DNA of 64,000 nucleotides from Eubacteriales bacterium (GTDB lineage: Bacteria > Bacillota > Clostridia > Oscillospirales > CAG-272): positions 4,479-68,478 of the forward strand of contig JAZNFZ010000071.1 of NCBI GenBank assembly GCA_045576195.1, in the 5' to 3' direction. This document shows positions 25,518 through 35,674 of the stretch, in pieces (position 1 is the first letter of the stretch; the number at the start of each line of letters is the position of its first letter). A program made the translations under genes and the position numbers. The notes beneath the pieces were generated by a model. It ran no database searches. It was given only the letters and a program-made list of their open reading frames with translations, and had not been told where the DNA came from.

Positions 25518-26681
25518 ATGAATAACGAAAATTTTTACCCTAATATACTGATCCTCGGCTCCACGGGCTCTGTGGGTGAGCAAGCCGTGGATGTGGCACG
25601 CTCTGCCGGCATTACGGTGGAGGGAATTGCGGCACATCGCAACTGGCAGCGTGTGGAGCGCCAGGCAAGAATGCTTTCGGTCAAGGCGGCGGCAATGACC
25701 GATGAGGCGGCGGCCGCCTCGCTTCGCACGGCGCTTGCCGACACCGACATTCGGGTGTATGGCGGCAGTGAGGGGCTTCTTCAAATGATTGCCGAGAGCA
25801 AGGCTGCTTTTGTGCTGAACTCCATTTTGGGAGAGGCGGGCCTTGCACCGACGTTGGCAACACTGGATGCGGGAAAGCACCTGGCGCTTGCCAATAAGGA
25901 GTCACTTGTGGTGGCGGGCGAGCTGGTAATGAAAAAGGCAAGAGAGCGGGGCGTTTTGATCACCCCCGTGGACAGTGAGCACTCCGCCCTCTTCCAGGCG
26001 CTGCGCGCAGGGAGGAACGAGGAGATCAAAAGCCTGATCCTTACCGCCTCCGGAGGACCTTTCTTTGGCAAAAAAAGAACAGATCTTGCTAATATCACAG
26101 TTGACGATGCACTTGCCCATCCCACTTGGAAAATGGGAGCTAAGATCACAGTAGATTCCGCCACGATGATGAATAAGGGCTTTGAGGTGATCGAGGCGGC
26201 GCATTTGTTTGGTGTTTCGGCGGATCGCATCAAGGTTTTGGTACATCGGGAGAGTATAATCCACTCCATGGTGGAATATATTGACAACAGCGTGATCGCC
26301 CAGATGTCGGTGCCCGATATGCGGCTTTGCGTGCAGTATGCTCTCACCGCGCCCCACCGTACCGAGGCGGTGATACCGCCCCTTGATCTGCTGCAGGTCG
26401 GAGCGCTGACCTTTGCCGCTCCCGATGATGAGACCTTCCCACTGCTGGCGCTGGCAAAGCGCTCCTTTTCGCTCGGCGGTGCGGCGCCTGCCGCTCTGAA
26501 TGCGGCAAACGAGGTAGCGGTGGCCGCATTCCTTGCGAGAAGGATCTCTATGCTTGCTATGTTTGATGTCATTCTTCGCGTGATGGAGGATATGCCCCAT
26601 GCGGCGGCAGCCCATACGCTTGAGGAAATTCTTGCCATCGATCTTGAGGCAAGAGAGCGCACGGCTGCTTTGATTCGATGA
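25518..26681 (+). CDS. dxr: 1-deoxy-D-xylulose 5-phosphate reductoisomerase
   Basis: GSTGSVG NADPH motif, LANKESLV, and HPTWKMG motifs. Confidence 0.95.
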   Translation: MNNENFYPNILILGSTGSVGEQAVDVARSAGITVEGIAAHRNWQRVERQARMLSVKAAAMTDEAAAASLRTALADTDIRVYGGSEGLLQMIAESKAAFVLNSILGEAGLAPTLATLDAGKHLALANKESLVVAGELVMKKARERGVLITPVDSEHSALFQALRAGRNEEIKSLILTASGGPFFGKKRTDLANITVDDALAHPTWKMGAKITVDSATMMNKGFEVIEAAHLFGVSADRIKVLVHRESIIHSMVEYIDNSVIAQMSVPDMRLCVQYALTAPHRTEAVIPPLDLLQVGALTFAAPDDETFPLLALAKRSFSLGGAAPAALNAANEVAVAAFLARRISMLAMFDVILRVMEDMPHAAAAHTLEEILAIDLEARERTAALIR

Positions 26682-26697
26682 TAAAGGAGGATCTGCT

Positions 26698-27732
26698 TTG
26701 GCGATTCTTTATGTTTTACTTGCCATATTTGTGTTTGGCTTTCTGATCGCCGTCCACGAGCTCGGTCACTTTTTGGTGGCGCGGGCAGTGGGTGTGGGCG
26801 TGTATGAGTTTTCCATTGGAATGGGGCCCAAGATCATATCCAAAAAATCGGCGAAAAGCGGGATCGAATACTCGCTCCGCGCGCTGCCGTTTGGCGGCTA
26901 TGTCAGCATGGAGGGGGAGGATGAGGAATCCGACTCTCCCACGGCCTTTGGGCAAAAAAAGGTCTGGCAGCGAGTCCTTGTGACGGTTGCGGGACCGCTG
27001 ATGAACCTGATCATCGGCCTTATTCTCATTGCCGTTATGGTCATTTCCACCCCTCGGCTTGCCTCCACCACCATCGGTGGCTTCAGCGAGGGCGCAACCA
27101 GCCCCTCCTTTGGGCTGCAGGTGGGCGACACGGTGACCCATGTCAACGGTGTGCGGGTGCATACGGGCAATGAGCTGGTCTATGAGGTGATGAACGAGGG
27201 TTATGAGCCCATCGATCTCACCGTGCGACGCGGCGAGGAGACCTTGGTGCTCGGCGACGTGATCTTTCCCGGTCAGAGCGCCGAGGGGGTCAGCTTCGGC
27301 TCTCCCGATTTTCTGGTTCGCGCCGAGGAGAAGAATCTTGGCAACATCCTCAAGCACACCTGGTTCCGCACGGGCTCTACCATTAAAATGATCCTTGATC
27401 AGCTGCGAGATCTGATCGGTGGACGCTACAGCTTTGGTGCGGTTTCGGGGCCTGTCGGCGTGACCGAGGGGCTGGTAGAGGCGGCCAAGGTCGGTCCGAT
27501 GAACTTTATTTATCTGGTTGCCGTCATCACGGTCAATCTCGGCGTGTTCAACCTTTTGCCGATCCCTGCGCTAGATGGCGGAAGACTGCTGTTTTTGGCC
27601 ATTGAGGGCATTTCCCGCCGTAAGATCAACAAAAATGTAGAAGGATATATCCATCTTGCAGGCTTTGTCATACTGTTTGCCATTATGATCATCGTGTTCT
27701 GCAAGGATATTGCCGGGTTATTTGTGAGATGA
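26698..27732 (+). CDS. rseP: RIP metalloprotease RseP/RasP family (site-2 protease)
   Basis: HELGHF (HExxH) and NLLPIPALDGG motifs with a central PDZ-like region. TTG start 7 nt after AAAGGAGG. Confidence 0.9.
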   Translation: MAILYVLLAIFVFGFLIAVHELGHFLVARAVGVGVYEFSIGMGPKIISKKSAKSGIEYSLRALPFGGYVSMEGEDEESDSPTAFGQKKVWQRVLVTVAGPLMNLIIGLILIAVMVISTPRLASTTIGGFSEGATSPSFGLQVGDTVTHVNGVRVHTGNELVYEVMNEGYEPIDLTVRRGEETLVLGDVIFPGQSAEGVSFGSPDFLVRAEEKNLGNILKHTWFRTGSTIKMILDQLRDLIGGRYSFGAVSGPVGVTEGLVEAAKVGPMNFIYLVAVITVNLGVFNLLPIPALDGGRLLFLAIEGISRRKINKNVEGYIHLAGFVILFAIMIIVFCKDIAGLFVR

Positions 27733-28820
27733 TAGATTATAATCAGATCAGGAGAAAAACAAGAGAGGTCACCGTGGGTGACGTGGTGATCGGCGGTCAC
27801 TCGCCCCTTGCCATTCAGTCCATGACCAATACCGATACCCACGATAGGGCAGCTACGCTGGCGCAGATCCGCGCCCTTGAGACCGCGGGGTGCGACATCG
27901 TGCGCCTTACGGTGCCCGATCTCGAGGCGGCAAAAACGATCCTTTTCTTAAAAGAGGCAGGTGTGCGGGTGCCGCTGGTGGCGGATATCCACTTTGACCA
28001 CCGCGTGGCTCTGCGCTGCGCGGAGTACGGCGTGGACAAGATCCGCATCAACCCCGGCAATATCGGCGACCGCGAACAGATCGGACAGGTCTGCCGTGCC
28101 TGCCGCCGGCGGGGAATTCCGATCAGGATCGGCGTCAATGGCGGCTCGCTTGAAAAGCATATTCTGGAAAAGCACGGTGCTCCCACAGCCGAGGCGCTTT
28201 GCGAGAGCGCGCTTTTCCACGTTTCGCTGCTGGAGCAATTTGATTTTACCGATATTGTGATCTCCATTAAGGCCTCAACGGTTCCCGTGATGATCGCGGC
28301 CAACCGCGCCCTTTGTGCACGGTGCAATTACCCGTTGCACCTGGGTGTGACAGAGGCGGGAGGCGGTGAGATGGGGCTTGTGAAAAGCTCGATCGGCATC
28401 GGCTCGCTGCTGTGTGACGGCATTGGCGATACGCTGCGCGTTTCGCTCACTGCCGATCCCGTGGCAGAGGTAGCAGCCGCCTCGCGGATCCTGACGGCGA
28501 TCGGCCTTGTGGGTCAGAGCGGCATGAACATTGTCAGCTGCCCCACCTGCGGTCGCACCAAGATCGATCTGATCTCGCTTGCCGCCCGCTTTGAGGAGGC
28601 GGCGCGCCGCGAGGGGCTGATGCAGCTTCCCATCCGCGTGGCGCTGATGGGCTGTGCCGTAAATGGCCCCGGTGAGGCAAGGGAAGCGGATATCGGTATC
28701 TGCGGCGGTGTGGGGGAGGCTCTCCTCATTTCCCGCGGGCAGGTGCTGGAAAAGATCCCCGAGGATCGGGTGATCGACTGCCTGATCGAGCGGATCAAGG
28801 CAATGAAAAAGGAAGTATAA
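27729..28820 (+). CDS. ispG: 4-hydroxy-3-methylbut-2-en-1-yl diphosphate synthase
   Basis: SMTNTDT motif and C-terminal CPTCGR...GCAVNGPGE Fe-S cluster motif. Confidence 0.95.
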   Translation: MIDYNQIRRKTREVTVGDVVIGGHSPLAIQSMTNTDTHDRAATLAQIRALETAGCDIVRLTVPDLEAAKTILFLKEAGVRVPLVADIHFDHRVALRCAEYGVDKIRINPGNIGDREQIGQVCRACRRRGIPIRIGVNGGSLEKHILEKHGAPTAEALCESALFHVSLLEQFDFTDIVISIKASTVPVMIAANRALCARCNYPLHLGVTEAGGGEMGLVKSSIGIGSLLCDGIGDTLRVSLTADPVAEVAAASRILTAIGLVGQSGMNIVSCPTCGRTKIDLISLAARFEEAARREGLMQLPIRVALMGCAVNGPGEAREADIGICGGVGEALLISRGQVLEKIPEDRVIDCLIERIKAMKKEV

Positions 28821-28849
28821 TCACGGCGTTTGCCGTGTGAGGAGTCAAC

Positions 28850-31800
28850 ATGGCGGAAAAAACGCTTTTACAGATCTTTCAGAAATTTCAACCAACCCAA
28901 TCGCAGGCGGAATGGCTGCTGACGGCAAGCGACATTCGTATGCGGGCAGACAAGGAGCGACGCATGATCGAGGTCAGCGCCGCTTTTCCCGCATTGGTGA
29001 AAAAGGAGCAGCTCTACGCCGTGGAGAGCGGCATTGCCGCGACCTATGAGCTTTCCCACGTGCGCTTGCTGCCGCGCTATCCCGCCGCGCTCTTCGGCGA
29101 GGACTATGCGACGGAGCTGATCCGTGAGACCGAGCGCATCGGTATTGTGGCAAGGGGCTTTTTCACCTCTTACCGCGCGACGCTTGCCGACGGTTGCCTG
29201 ACCATTGAGATGCCCTATGTGGATGAGAGCCTTGCTTTGATGGAGCTTGGCAAAACACCCGATGTCATTTCGGGTATTATTTTCAGCGAATTCGGCATTC
29301 GGATCACCGTGCGGATCGTCCATTCGCCCGAGCTTGCCGAGGGGTATCGGTTCGGTGCGATCGAGCAGGATCTGGCCGAGTGGGACGCCAGATTGCGGGT
29401 CAGCAGCGCGGAATATGAGAGGGCACTTCACGAGCGCCCATCCCAGGAGAGTACCGCACCCGCCGCCGCGCCCGACTCCAATGCCACGCGCGTGATGACG
29501 CTGCTCGGTGAGGTGGAGGAGCCAAAGATCGAGGAGGGAATTTGCAGCATCGGAAGATCCAAATTTGATATTTCCGCACCGAATTTTATCATCGGCAATT
29601 CGTTTGAGATCAGACCCACTCCCATCGCACAAATCGACCGCCCCGCGCGCAATCTGGTGGTGGTGGGCGAGGTGTTCGGCTACACCGAGGATGTCAACCG
29701 AAACGGCGATAAATACAACATAAGCTTTGGTGTGACCGATAAAAGCTCGTCGATCATGGTGAAAAAGTTTTCGCTCTCAGCAGAGGATGCAAGGGCGCTT
29801 TCCGAGGCGATCCCCAACGGCACTGCGGTGGCGATGCGCGGCTACGCCAAGCACGATATGCACAAGGAAGTGCAGGACGTGGACGTCACCTTTTATTACA
29901 GCGACATGGCCGTGATTGGCAAGGTGAAGCGCCGCGATTCGGCAGAGAAAAAGCGCGTGGAGCTGCATTTGCATACCACCATGTCGGCAATGGATGCCCT
30001 CATTCCGCCCGATGTGGCGGTGAAGCAGGCCAATGCCTGGGGGCACCCCGCCGTGGCTCTGACTGACCACGGCAACGTGCAGGCCTACCAGGAGGCAATG
30101 CTTGTGGCGGAAAAGCTGGGGCAAAAGGTGATCTGGGGTATGGAGGCCTATTTCGTCAACGATACCGCCAGCGCACTTTACGGCAGCTATAAGGGCACGT
30201 TTGAGGATGAATTTGTGGTCTTTGATATTGAGACCACGGGTCTTTCCAACCGTTCCTGCGGCATCACCGAGATCGGTGCCGTTAAGGTGAAGAACGGGGA
30301 GGTGCTGGAACGCTATGGCACCTTTGTCAACCCCGAAATGCCGATTCCCGCCGATGTGACCGAGCTGACGGGCATCACCGATGAAATGGTGAAGGATGCC
30401 CGCACCATCGGGGAGGTGCTGCCTGAATTTCTCGCCTTTGTGGGTGACCGCCTGCTGATCGCGCACAATGCCGATTTTGATATTGGCTTTATCCGTATGG
30501 CGGCCAAAAAATGCGGCCTCCCCTTTGAAAATCCCTACCTTGATACACTGGCGCTCTCACGCCATCTCAATGCCGAGCTGAAGACCCATAAGCTTGATGC
30601 GCTTGCCAAATATTTTGATCTGGGGCAGTTCAATCATCACCGCGCCAAGGACGATGCCGAGATGCTGGCGATGATCTATTTCAAGATGCAGGAAAAAATG
30701 GTTGCGGCGGAGATCCGCAGCTTCTCGGACCTGCAAAGTGAGATGAGCGCTGCGGCAGACCCCTTGCACCTGCCCACCTACCACCAGATCCTTCTGGTCA
30801 AGAACAAAACAGGCCTCAAAAACCTCTATAAGCTGGTTTCCTACAGCTATCTGAACTATTACCGCAAAACACCCCGCGTGCCCAAAACCGTGCTGGAAAA
30901 GCACCGCGAGGGGTTGATCGTCGGCTCTGCCTGTGTGTCGGGTGAGCTGATGCGCGCCATTCTTGACAACAAGCCCGAGAGCGAGATCGAGGAGATCGCC
31001 AAGTTTTACGATTTTCTTGAGATCCAACCCATCTGCAACAATCAATTTCTGATTGCCGAAGGAAAAATTGCCGATGAGGAGGGCTTGCGTGATCTCGATC
31101 GTCGCATTGTGGCCCTTGGTGAAAAGCTGGGCATTCCCGTGGTGGCCACCTGCGATGCCCACGTGCTTGATCCCGAGGATGCCATTTTCCGTGAGGTGCT
31201 GACCAGCATCAAAAAATTTGAGGATGGCAACACCCCCCTTTATTACCGCACCACCGAGGAGATGCTGGATGAGTTTCGCTACCTTGGTGAGGAAAAGGCC
31301 TTCGAGGTGGTGGTTACCAACACCAATCGGATCGCCGATATGGTGGAATCGGATATCCGTCCCTTCCCGAAGGGAACGTTTACCCCCAATATGGAGGGCG
31401 CCGAGGAGGATCTGCAGCGCATCTGCTACGAGCGCGCCAGATCTATGTACGGCGACCCCTTGCCCGATCTTGTGGCAAAGCGCCTTGATAAGGAGCTGAC
31501 CTCGATCATCAAAAACGGCTTTGCCGTGCTTTATATGATCGCGCAAAAGCTGGTGTGGTACAGCGAGAGCCAGGGCTATCTGGTAGGCTCCCGCGGCTCG
31601 GTGGGCTCCTCCTTTGTTGCCTCAATGGCAGGTATTTCCGAGGTCAATCCTCTGCCGCCGCACTACTGGTGCCCCAAATGCCAGCACAATGAGTTTGATG
31701 TGCCCGAGGGGGTCGGCTCCGGCTTCGATTTACCCGATAAAAGCTGTCCTGTTTGCGGCACAAAAATGAACAACGACGGCCACGATATTCCCTTTGAGAC

Positions 31801-33250
31801 CTTCCTTGGCTTCTACGGCGACAAATCCCCCGATATTGACCTCAACTTCTCGGGCGAGGTGCAGGGACGTGTGCATAAATACACCGAGGAGCTCTTTGGC
31901 GCGGAGAACGTCTTCCGTGCGGGCACCATCGGCGGCATTGCCGATAAGACCGCCTTTGGCTTTGTGCTGAAGTATATGGAGGAGAAGGGGATTTCGCTGC
32001 CGCGCGCCGAGGTCAACCGTCTTGCCGCACACTGTGTGGGCGTCAAGCGCTCCACGGGTCAGCACCCGGGCGGCATCGTGGTGGTGCCGAAGGAGTATGA
32101 GATCTATGATTTCTGCCCCGTGCAGCATCCCGCTGACGACCCCAATTCCGATATCGTTACCACCCACTTCACCTTTGAGTATCTCCACGATACGCTCCTG
32201 AAGCTGGACGAGCTGGGACACGATATTCCCACGAAATACAAGTGGATCGAGCGGTTTTCGGACACCTCTGTCATGAACGTGCCGATGAACGACCCCGATG
32301 TGTATGAGCTCTTTTTGTCCACCAAGCCGCTTGGCATCAGCCCCGAGGAGATCGATGCACAGCTCGGCACCTTCGGCTTGCCCGAGTTTGGCACCCGCTT
32401 TGTTATGAAAATGGTGGAGGAGGCCAAGCCCCGCACCTTTGCCGATCTTTTGCAGATCTCGGGTCTTTCCCACGGCACCGACGTGTGGGTGGGCAACGCG
32501 CAGGATCTGATCAAAAACGGGATCTGCGACATTTCCCACGTGATCGGATGCCGTGATAACATTATGAACGACCTGATCCGCTACGGCCTTGAAAATGCCC
32601 ACGCCTTTAAGATAATGGAGGCGGTGCGAAAGGGCAAGGGACTCACGTCCGAATGGGAGGCTGAAATGCGCGAGCATAACGTGCCCGAGTGGTATATTGA
32701 CTCCTGCAAAAAGATCAAGTACATGTTCCCCAAGGCACACGCGGCCGCTTACGTGATGTCGGCCATCCGTCTTGGCTGGTACAAGGTACATATGCCGTTG
32801 GTCTTTTATGCCGCTATGTTTACGGTGGCTCCCGGTGGCTTTGATGCCGAGATCGTGATGGGTGGCAAATCCAACGTGGTGGCTACCATCAAGGATATTG
32901 AGCGCCGCGGCAAGGAGGCAAGCCCCAAGGAGCAGGCCTCGATCCCGACGCTGCAGCTGATCAATGAGGCAATGGCGCGGCACATCCGCTTTTTGCCCGT
33001 GAATATTGAGAAATCCGATGCCCGCGCCTTCCTTCCCGAAAACGGCGCGATCCGTATGCCTTTCTCGGCGCTGTCGGGCGTTGGTGAAAACGCCGCAGAG
33101 AGCATCATCAAGGCGCGCGAGGAGGAACCCTTCTTCTCGGTGGAGGATCTGCAGATCCGTGCGGGCCTCAACAAGAGTGTTGTGGAAACGCTTCGCCTTG
33201 CGGGCGTGCTGGACGGCGTAAACGAGACCGATCAGCTTTCCTTCTTTTGA
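28850..33250 (+). CDS. polC: DNA polymerase III alpha subunit, PolC type
   Basis: 1466 aa with the embedded exonuclease motif VVFDIETTG, a PHP domain and a pol III alpha core. Confidence 0.97.
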   Translation: MAEKTLLQIFQKFQPTQSQAEWLLTASDIRMRADKERRMIEVSAAFPALVKKEQLYAVESGIAATYELSHVRLLPRYPAALFGEDYATELIRETERIGIVARGFFTSYRATLADGCLTIEMPYVDESLALMELGKTPDVISGIIFSEFGIRITVRIVHSPELAEGYRFGAIEQDLAEWDARLRVSSAEYERALHERPSQESTAPAAAPDSNATRVMTLLGEVEEPKIEEGICSIGRSKFDISAPNFIIGNSFEIRPTPIAQIDRPARNLVVVGEVFGYTEDVNRNGDKYNISFGVTDKSSSIMVKKFSLSAEDARALSEAIPNGTAVAMRGYAKHDMHKEVQDVDVTFYYSDMAVIGKVKRRDSAEKKRVELHLHTTMSAMDALIPPDVAVKQANAWGHPAVALTDHGNVQAYQEAMLVAEKLGQKVIWGMEAYFVNDTASALYGSYKGTFEDEFVVFDIETTGLSNRSCGITEIGAVKVKNGEVLERYGTFVNPEMPIPADVTELTGITDEMVKDARTIGEVLPEFLAFVGDRLLIAHNADFDIGFIRMAAKKCGLPFENPYLDTLALSRHLNAELKTHKLDALAKYFDLGQFNHHRAKDDAEMLAMIYFKMQEKMVAAEIRSFSDLQSEMSAAADPLHLPTYHQILLVKNKTGLKNLYKLVSYSYLNYYRKTPRVPKTVLEKHREGLIVGSACVSGELMRAILDNKPESEIEEIAKFYDFLEIQPICNNQFLIAEGKIADEEGLRDLDRRIVALGEKLGIPVVATCDAHVLDPEDAIFREVLTSIKKFEDGNTPLYYRTTEEMLDEFRYLGEEKAFEVVVTNTNRIADMVESDIRPFPKGTFTPNMEGAEEDLQRICYERARSMYGDPLPDLVAKRLDKELTSIIKNGFAVLYMIAQKLVWYSESQGYLVGSRGSVGSSFVASMAGISEVNPLPPHYWCPKCQHNEFDVPEGVGSGFDLPDKSCPVCGTKMNNDGHDIPFETFLGFYGDKSPDIDLNFSGEVQGRVHKYTEELFGAENVFRAGTIGGIADKTAFGFVLKYMEEKGISLPRAEVNRLAAHCVGVKRSTGQHPGGIVVVPKEYEIYDFCPVQHPADDPNSDIVTTHFTFEYLHDTLLKLDELGHDIPTKYKWIERFSDTSVMNVPMNDPDVYELFLSTKPLGISPEEIDAQLGTFGLPEFGTRFVMKMVEEAKPRTFADLLQISGLSHGTDVWVGNAQDLIKNGICDISHVIGCRDNIMNDLIRYGLENAHAFKIMEAVRKGKGLTSEWEAEMREHNVPEWYIDSCKKIKYMFPKAHAAAYVMSAIRLGWYKVHMPLVFYAAMFTVAPGGFDAEIVMGGKSNVVATIKDIERRGKEASPKEQASIPTLQLINEAMARHIRFLPVNIEKSDARAFLPENGAIRMPFSALSGVGENAAESIIKAREEEPFFSVEDLQIRAGLNKSVVETLRLAGVLDGVNETDQLSFF

Positions 33251-33251
33251 G

Positions 33252-33977
33252 GTGACTATGGAAATTCACTATTACCATCGGCTTCCTTCCACCAATGATG
33301 CCGCTTCTCTGGCGGCAAGAGAGGGCGCGGCCGAGCTTTATACCGTCGTGGCGAAGGAGCAAAGCGGCGGCAGGGGAAGACTGGGGCGGCAGTTCTTTTC
33401 GCCTGCGGGCGGCACCTATTTCAGCACGGTGCTGCGCCCCACCTTTCCTATTTCCATGTACGGGCGCATCACGCCCTTTGCGGCGGTAGCGGTGCATCGC
33501 GCCCTTCGCCCCTTTGCGGACGGGCGGCTGGAGATCAAATGGGTCAATGACATTTTACTGAACCGCAAAAAGGTGTGCGGCATTCTTGCCGAGTCGGGTG
33601 TGGATTCATTCGGCGTGCCCTTTGTGGTCCTCGGCATCGGCATCAATACGGGAAGCGCCGATTTTCCCCCCGCGCTATCCCAAATCGCTGCCGTTATTCC
33701 CGTTGCGGATCAAAAAGCGCTGATCGAGCGTATTCTTGCCGAGCTTTCCGACTATGACAGCGCGGTACGCCGCGCGAGCTTTGTTGCGGAGTACCGCTCC
33801 AATGCTGCCTTCCTTGGCGAGACCGTGCGCGTGATCGAGGGTGAGTGCTCGTATCTTGCTACGGCGCTTGATATTACCGAGGACGGCGCGCTTTTGGTAA
33901 AGCTGCCCGATGGGAGTGCGAGGGAGCTGCACGGTGGCGAAATTTCGCTTCGTGCGGTGCAAAAAGACGAGATCTGA
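33252..33977 (+). CDS. birA: biotin--[acetyl-CoA-carboxylase] ligase (group I, no HTH domain)
   Basis: GRGRLGRQF motif and KWVNDI motif. Only 241 aa, so no N-terminal DNA-binding domain. Start is ambiguous (GTG 33252 or ATG 33258). Confidence 0.85.
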   Translation: MTMEIHYYHRLPSTNDAASLAAREGAAELYTVVAKEQSGGRGRLGRQFFSPAGGTYFSTVLRPTFPISMYGRITPFAAVAVHRALRPFADGRLEIKWVNDILLNRKKVCGILAESGVDSFGVPFVVLGIGINTGSADFPPALSQIAAVIPVADQKALIERILAELSDYDSAVRRASFVAEYRSNAAFLGETVRVIEGECSYLATALDITEDGALLVKLPDGSARELHGGEISLRAVQKDEI

Positions 33978-33996
33978 CATATTCTGTAGTAGATGC

Positions 33997-34018
33997 AAAA
34001 ACCGCCTTGGCGGTTTTT
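33997..34018 (+). terminator. rho-independent terminator after birA
   Basis: AAAAACCGCC/GGCGGTTTTT hairpin with a T-run. Confidence 0.7.
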
Positions 34019-34043
34019 GTAATTTCTCAAAGGAAATGATCTT

Positions 34044-34934
34044 ATGTCTTTTAATAAAACGGTTGCCATACTCGGCGGGGATGCAAGGCAGGTCGCCCTT
34101 GCCCGCTATTTTTCAGAGCTTGGCGCAACGGTCAGCACCTTCGGATTGCCGTCTGCCGCATCCTGCGGTGCAAGGCCCTGCGCGGATTTCAAAGAGGCCA
34201 TCGGGGGAGCAGATCTTGTGCTGCTTCCGCTTCCCGCCTTGCCCGATGGCAAGCACATCGCGCTGCCCTTGGCAAGGGAGGGGGAGGCTCTCCCGTTTTC
34301 CGCGCTGCTTGCCGCAATGGATCCCTCTATGCTGCTGATCGGCGGCAAGCTCGGCACAAGTGCAAGGGATGCGGCAGCGCAACGGGGCATTCGTGTGTTT
34401 GATTATTACGAAACCGAGGATTTTCAGCTGAAAAACGCCAGACCCACAGCAGAGGGAGCGGTGTCGGTGCTGATGCGCGAGTCGCCCCGCGTGATTCTTG
34501 ATATGCCGATCGCGATCACGGGCTTTGGCAGAGTGGCGCGCGCCCTCTCGGAGCTTCTTTTTGCTATGGGTGCCACGGTTACGGTCGCAGCGCGCAATCC
34601 GCGCGACATTGAGGCGGCAGAGCGCCTCGGCTATCGCACGGTGCTGCTACGGGATGCCTCCTCGCTGCACGCGCTGGCAAAGGGCTTTACGGCGATCTTT
34701 AACACCGTGCCCCATCGCATTTTTACCTCGGAGCATCTCTCCGAGATCAGCAAGGATACCCTTCTCATCGAGCTTGCCTCTGCTCCCGGCGGCTTTGATG
34801 CCAACGAGGCAGGTCAGCAGGGGCTTCGCGTTATTTTTGCGCTCTCGCTTCCCGGCAAATGCTCGCCTGTAACAGCAGGTGAGATCATTGGTGATACCGT
34901 TCTTTCGTATCTTTGTGGGGAGGTGACGTTATGA
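34044..34934 (+). CDS. dpaA: dipicolinate synthase subunit A
   Basis: VAILGGDARQ N-terminus, a second Rossmann-like GFGRVARAL motif, and pairing with dpaB. Confidence 0.8.
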   Translation: MSFNKTVAILGGDARQVALARYFSELGATVSTFGLPSAASCGARPCADFKEAIGGADLVLLPLPALPDGKHIALPLAREGEALPFSALLAAMDPSMLLIGGKLGTSARDAAAQRGIRVFDYYETEDFQLKNARPTAEGAVSVLMRESPRVILDMPIAITGFGRVARALSELLFAMGATVTVAARNPRDIEAAERLGYRTVLLRDASSLHALAKGFTAIFNTVPHRIFTSEHLSEISKDTLLIELASAPGGFDANEAGQQGLRVIFALSLPGKCSPVTAGEIIGDTVLSYLCGEVTL

Positions 34935-35491
34935 TCGGATTTGCACTTTGCGGTTCCTTTTGCACGGTAAAGGCCTCGTTGGCAGAAATGGCAAGGCTTG
35001 CCGAGCAATATGAGATACAGGGCATCGTCAGCGAAAACGTCTATGCTACCGACACCAGATTTGCACCTGCGCATGAGGTATTGGCGCAGATCGGGAAAAT
35101 TACGGGACGCCAGGTGATCCATACCATTGTGGGTGCAGAGCCCTTGGGGCCAAAAATGCCGCTTGAGGCGCTGGTGATCTGCCCCTGTACGGGCAACACG
35201 CTGGCCAAAATGGCAAACGGCATCACCGATACGGCAGTGACCATGGCGGCAAAGGCGCATCTGCGCGGAAATCGCCCGTTGGTGATCGCGCTGGCATCGA
35301 ATGATGCGCTTTCCGCGAACCTCAAAAACATCGGCGAGATGCTGACAAAAAAGCATGTGTATTTTGTGCCGATGAAGCAGGATGACCCCGAGCAAAAGCC
35401 CCATTCGCTGGTCGCTGATTTCTCGCTTTTGCCCGCCACACTGGCATGGGCAATGCAAGGAAAGCAGTATCAGCGCATCTTCAGAGTATAA
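34931..35491 (+). CDS. dpaB: dipicolinate synthase subunit B (flavoprotein-like)
   Basis: MIGFALCGSFCT N-terminus and PCTGNTLAKMANGITD motif. ATG at 34931 after GGAGGTGA overlaps the dpaA stop. Confidence 0.85.
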   Translation: MIGFALCGSFCTVKASLAEMARLAEQYEIQGIVSENVYATDTRFAPAHEVLAQIGKITGRQVIHTIVGAEPLGPKMPLEALVICPCTGNTLAKMANGITDTAVTMAAKAHLRGNRPLVIALASNDALSANLKNIGEMLTKKHVYFVPMKQDDPEQKPHSLVADFSLLPATLAWAMQGKQYQRIFRV

Positions 35492-35494
35492 ATG

Positions 35495-35527
35495 CAGGAG
35501 TGGCCATTCGGCCACTCCTGTGTTTTT
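35495..35527 (+). terminator. rho-independent terminator after dpaB
   Basis: 11-bp stem CAGGAGTGGCC/GGCCACTCCTG, ATTC loop, then TGTTTTT. Confidence 0.85.
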
Positions 35528-35601
35528 GAATGCTTGTGACATTTTTGAATACTTATGATGTGTTGTATCCGATCATCAATATTTTGTTTGCATGATAACT
35601 C

Positions 35602-35630
35602 TTTACAAAAGGCAAGAAGTGTGCTATAAT
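35602..35630 (+). promoter_or_regulatory. sigma-A-type promoter TTTACA-17-TATAAT (extended -10 TGC)
   Basis: Hexamers at 35602-35607 and 35625-35630. 23 of 29 positions are identical to the ruvC promoter. Confidence 0.6.
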
Positions 35631-35674
35631 CATACCGATATGTAATCGCATTTTTGAGGAAGGAGGTGCTTGCT

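Noticed and set aside
33978-34043. Search for a mother-cell (sigma-K type AC...CATAnnnTA) promoter upstream of dpaAB
   Set aside because: Only CATATTCTG at about 33979 resembles the -10, it lacks the terminal TA, and the region is mostly occupied by the birA terminator. The evidence is insufficient to call a promoter.
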